A DNA stretch of 63,403 bases, counting the filler, from Sphacelaria rigidula (lineage: Eukaryota): the NCBI GenBank assembly GCA_964200075.2. It is 11 parts of 11 records of this genome, joined end to end, with 100 filler letters (N's around TTAATTAATTAA, not from the genome) between each part and the next. Parts side by side here need not be neighbours in the genome. Positions count along the whole stretch, not along the records: positions 57,731 to 63,403 come from CAXNAA020025381.1; 10 more parts are not named here. One strand, 5' to 3'. The number at the start of each line of letters is the position of its first letter. Positions within the stretch are counted from its first letter, which is position 1. The notes under the pieces were generated by a model that was not told the origin of the DNA, did not search any database, and saw nothing but the letters and a program-made list of their open reading frames with translations. Of the stretch, positions 63,361 through 63,403 are shown in pieces. The translations under genes and the position numbers were made by a program.

Positions 63361-63403
63361 TCCGGCACTAATTGCAGCGAGGAAGGGAGGAGGAGCGAAG
63401 AAA

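Noticed and set aside
17320..63403. Remaining DBP2 exons (DEAD, SAT, HRIGR motifs) downstream of 16973
   Set aside because: Not found. The gene is cut at the spacer and later segments are unrelated.

Overview
Repeat-rich, intron-rich eukaryotic nuclear DNA, most consistent with a brown alga (Phaeophyceae). That assignment is an inference from multi-kb introns, (TTG)n/(CAT)n microsatellites and a signal-peptide plus transit-peptide plastid-targeting N-terminus. The window is not one contiguous locus: it is 11 segments of exactly 5673 bp joined by ten identical 100-bp spacers (44 N + TTAATTAATTAA + 44 N), so adjacency across spacers carries no biological meaning. Mobile elements: a nearly complete but degenerate tyrosine-recombinase (Ngaro/DIRS-type) retrotransposon, the 5' half of a Ty1/copia element, two further gag-like retroelement remnants, a LINE 3' end whose last codons are scattered through the window, and hAT-like and piggyBac-like MITEs. 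Genes and gene fragments: a spliced Ulp1/SENP-like cysteine protease with an intact His-Asp-Cys triad in a transposon-like context, two exons of a DBP2/DDX5 DEAD-box helicase, a plastid-targeted protein, a probable class-3 lipase remnant, a Crinkler/RHS-type restriction-endonuclease-fold exon and a three-exon PDZ gene fragment. There is also a 363-nt near-perfect hairpin. No rRNA, tRNA or CRISPR array was seen.
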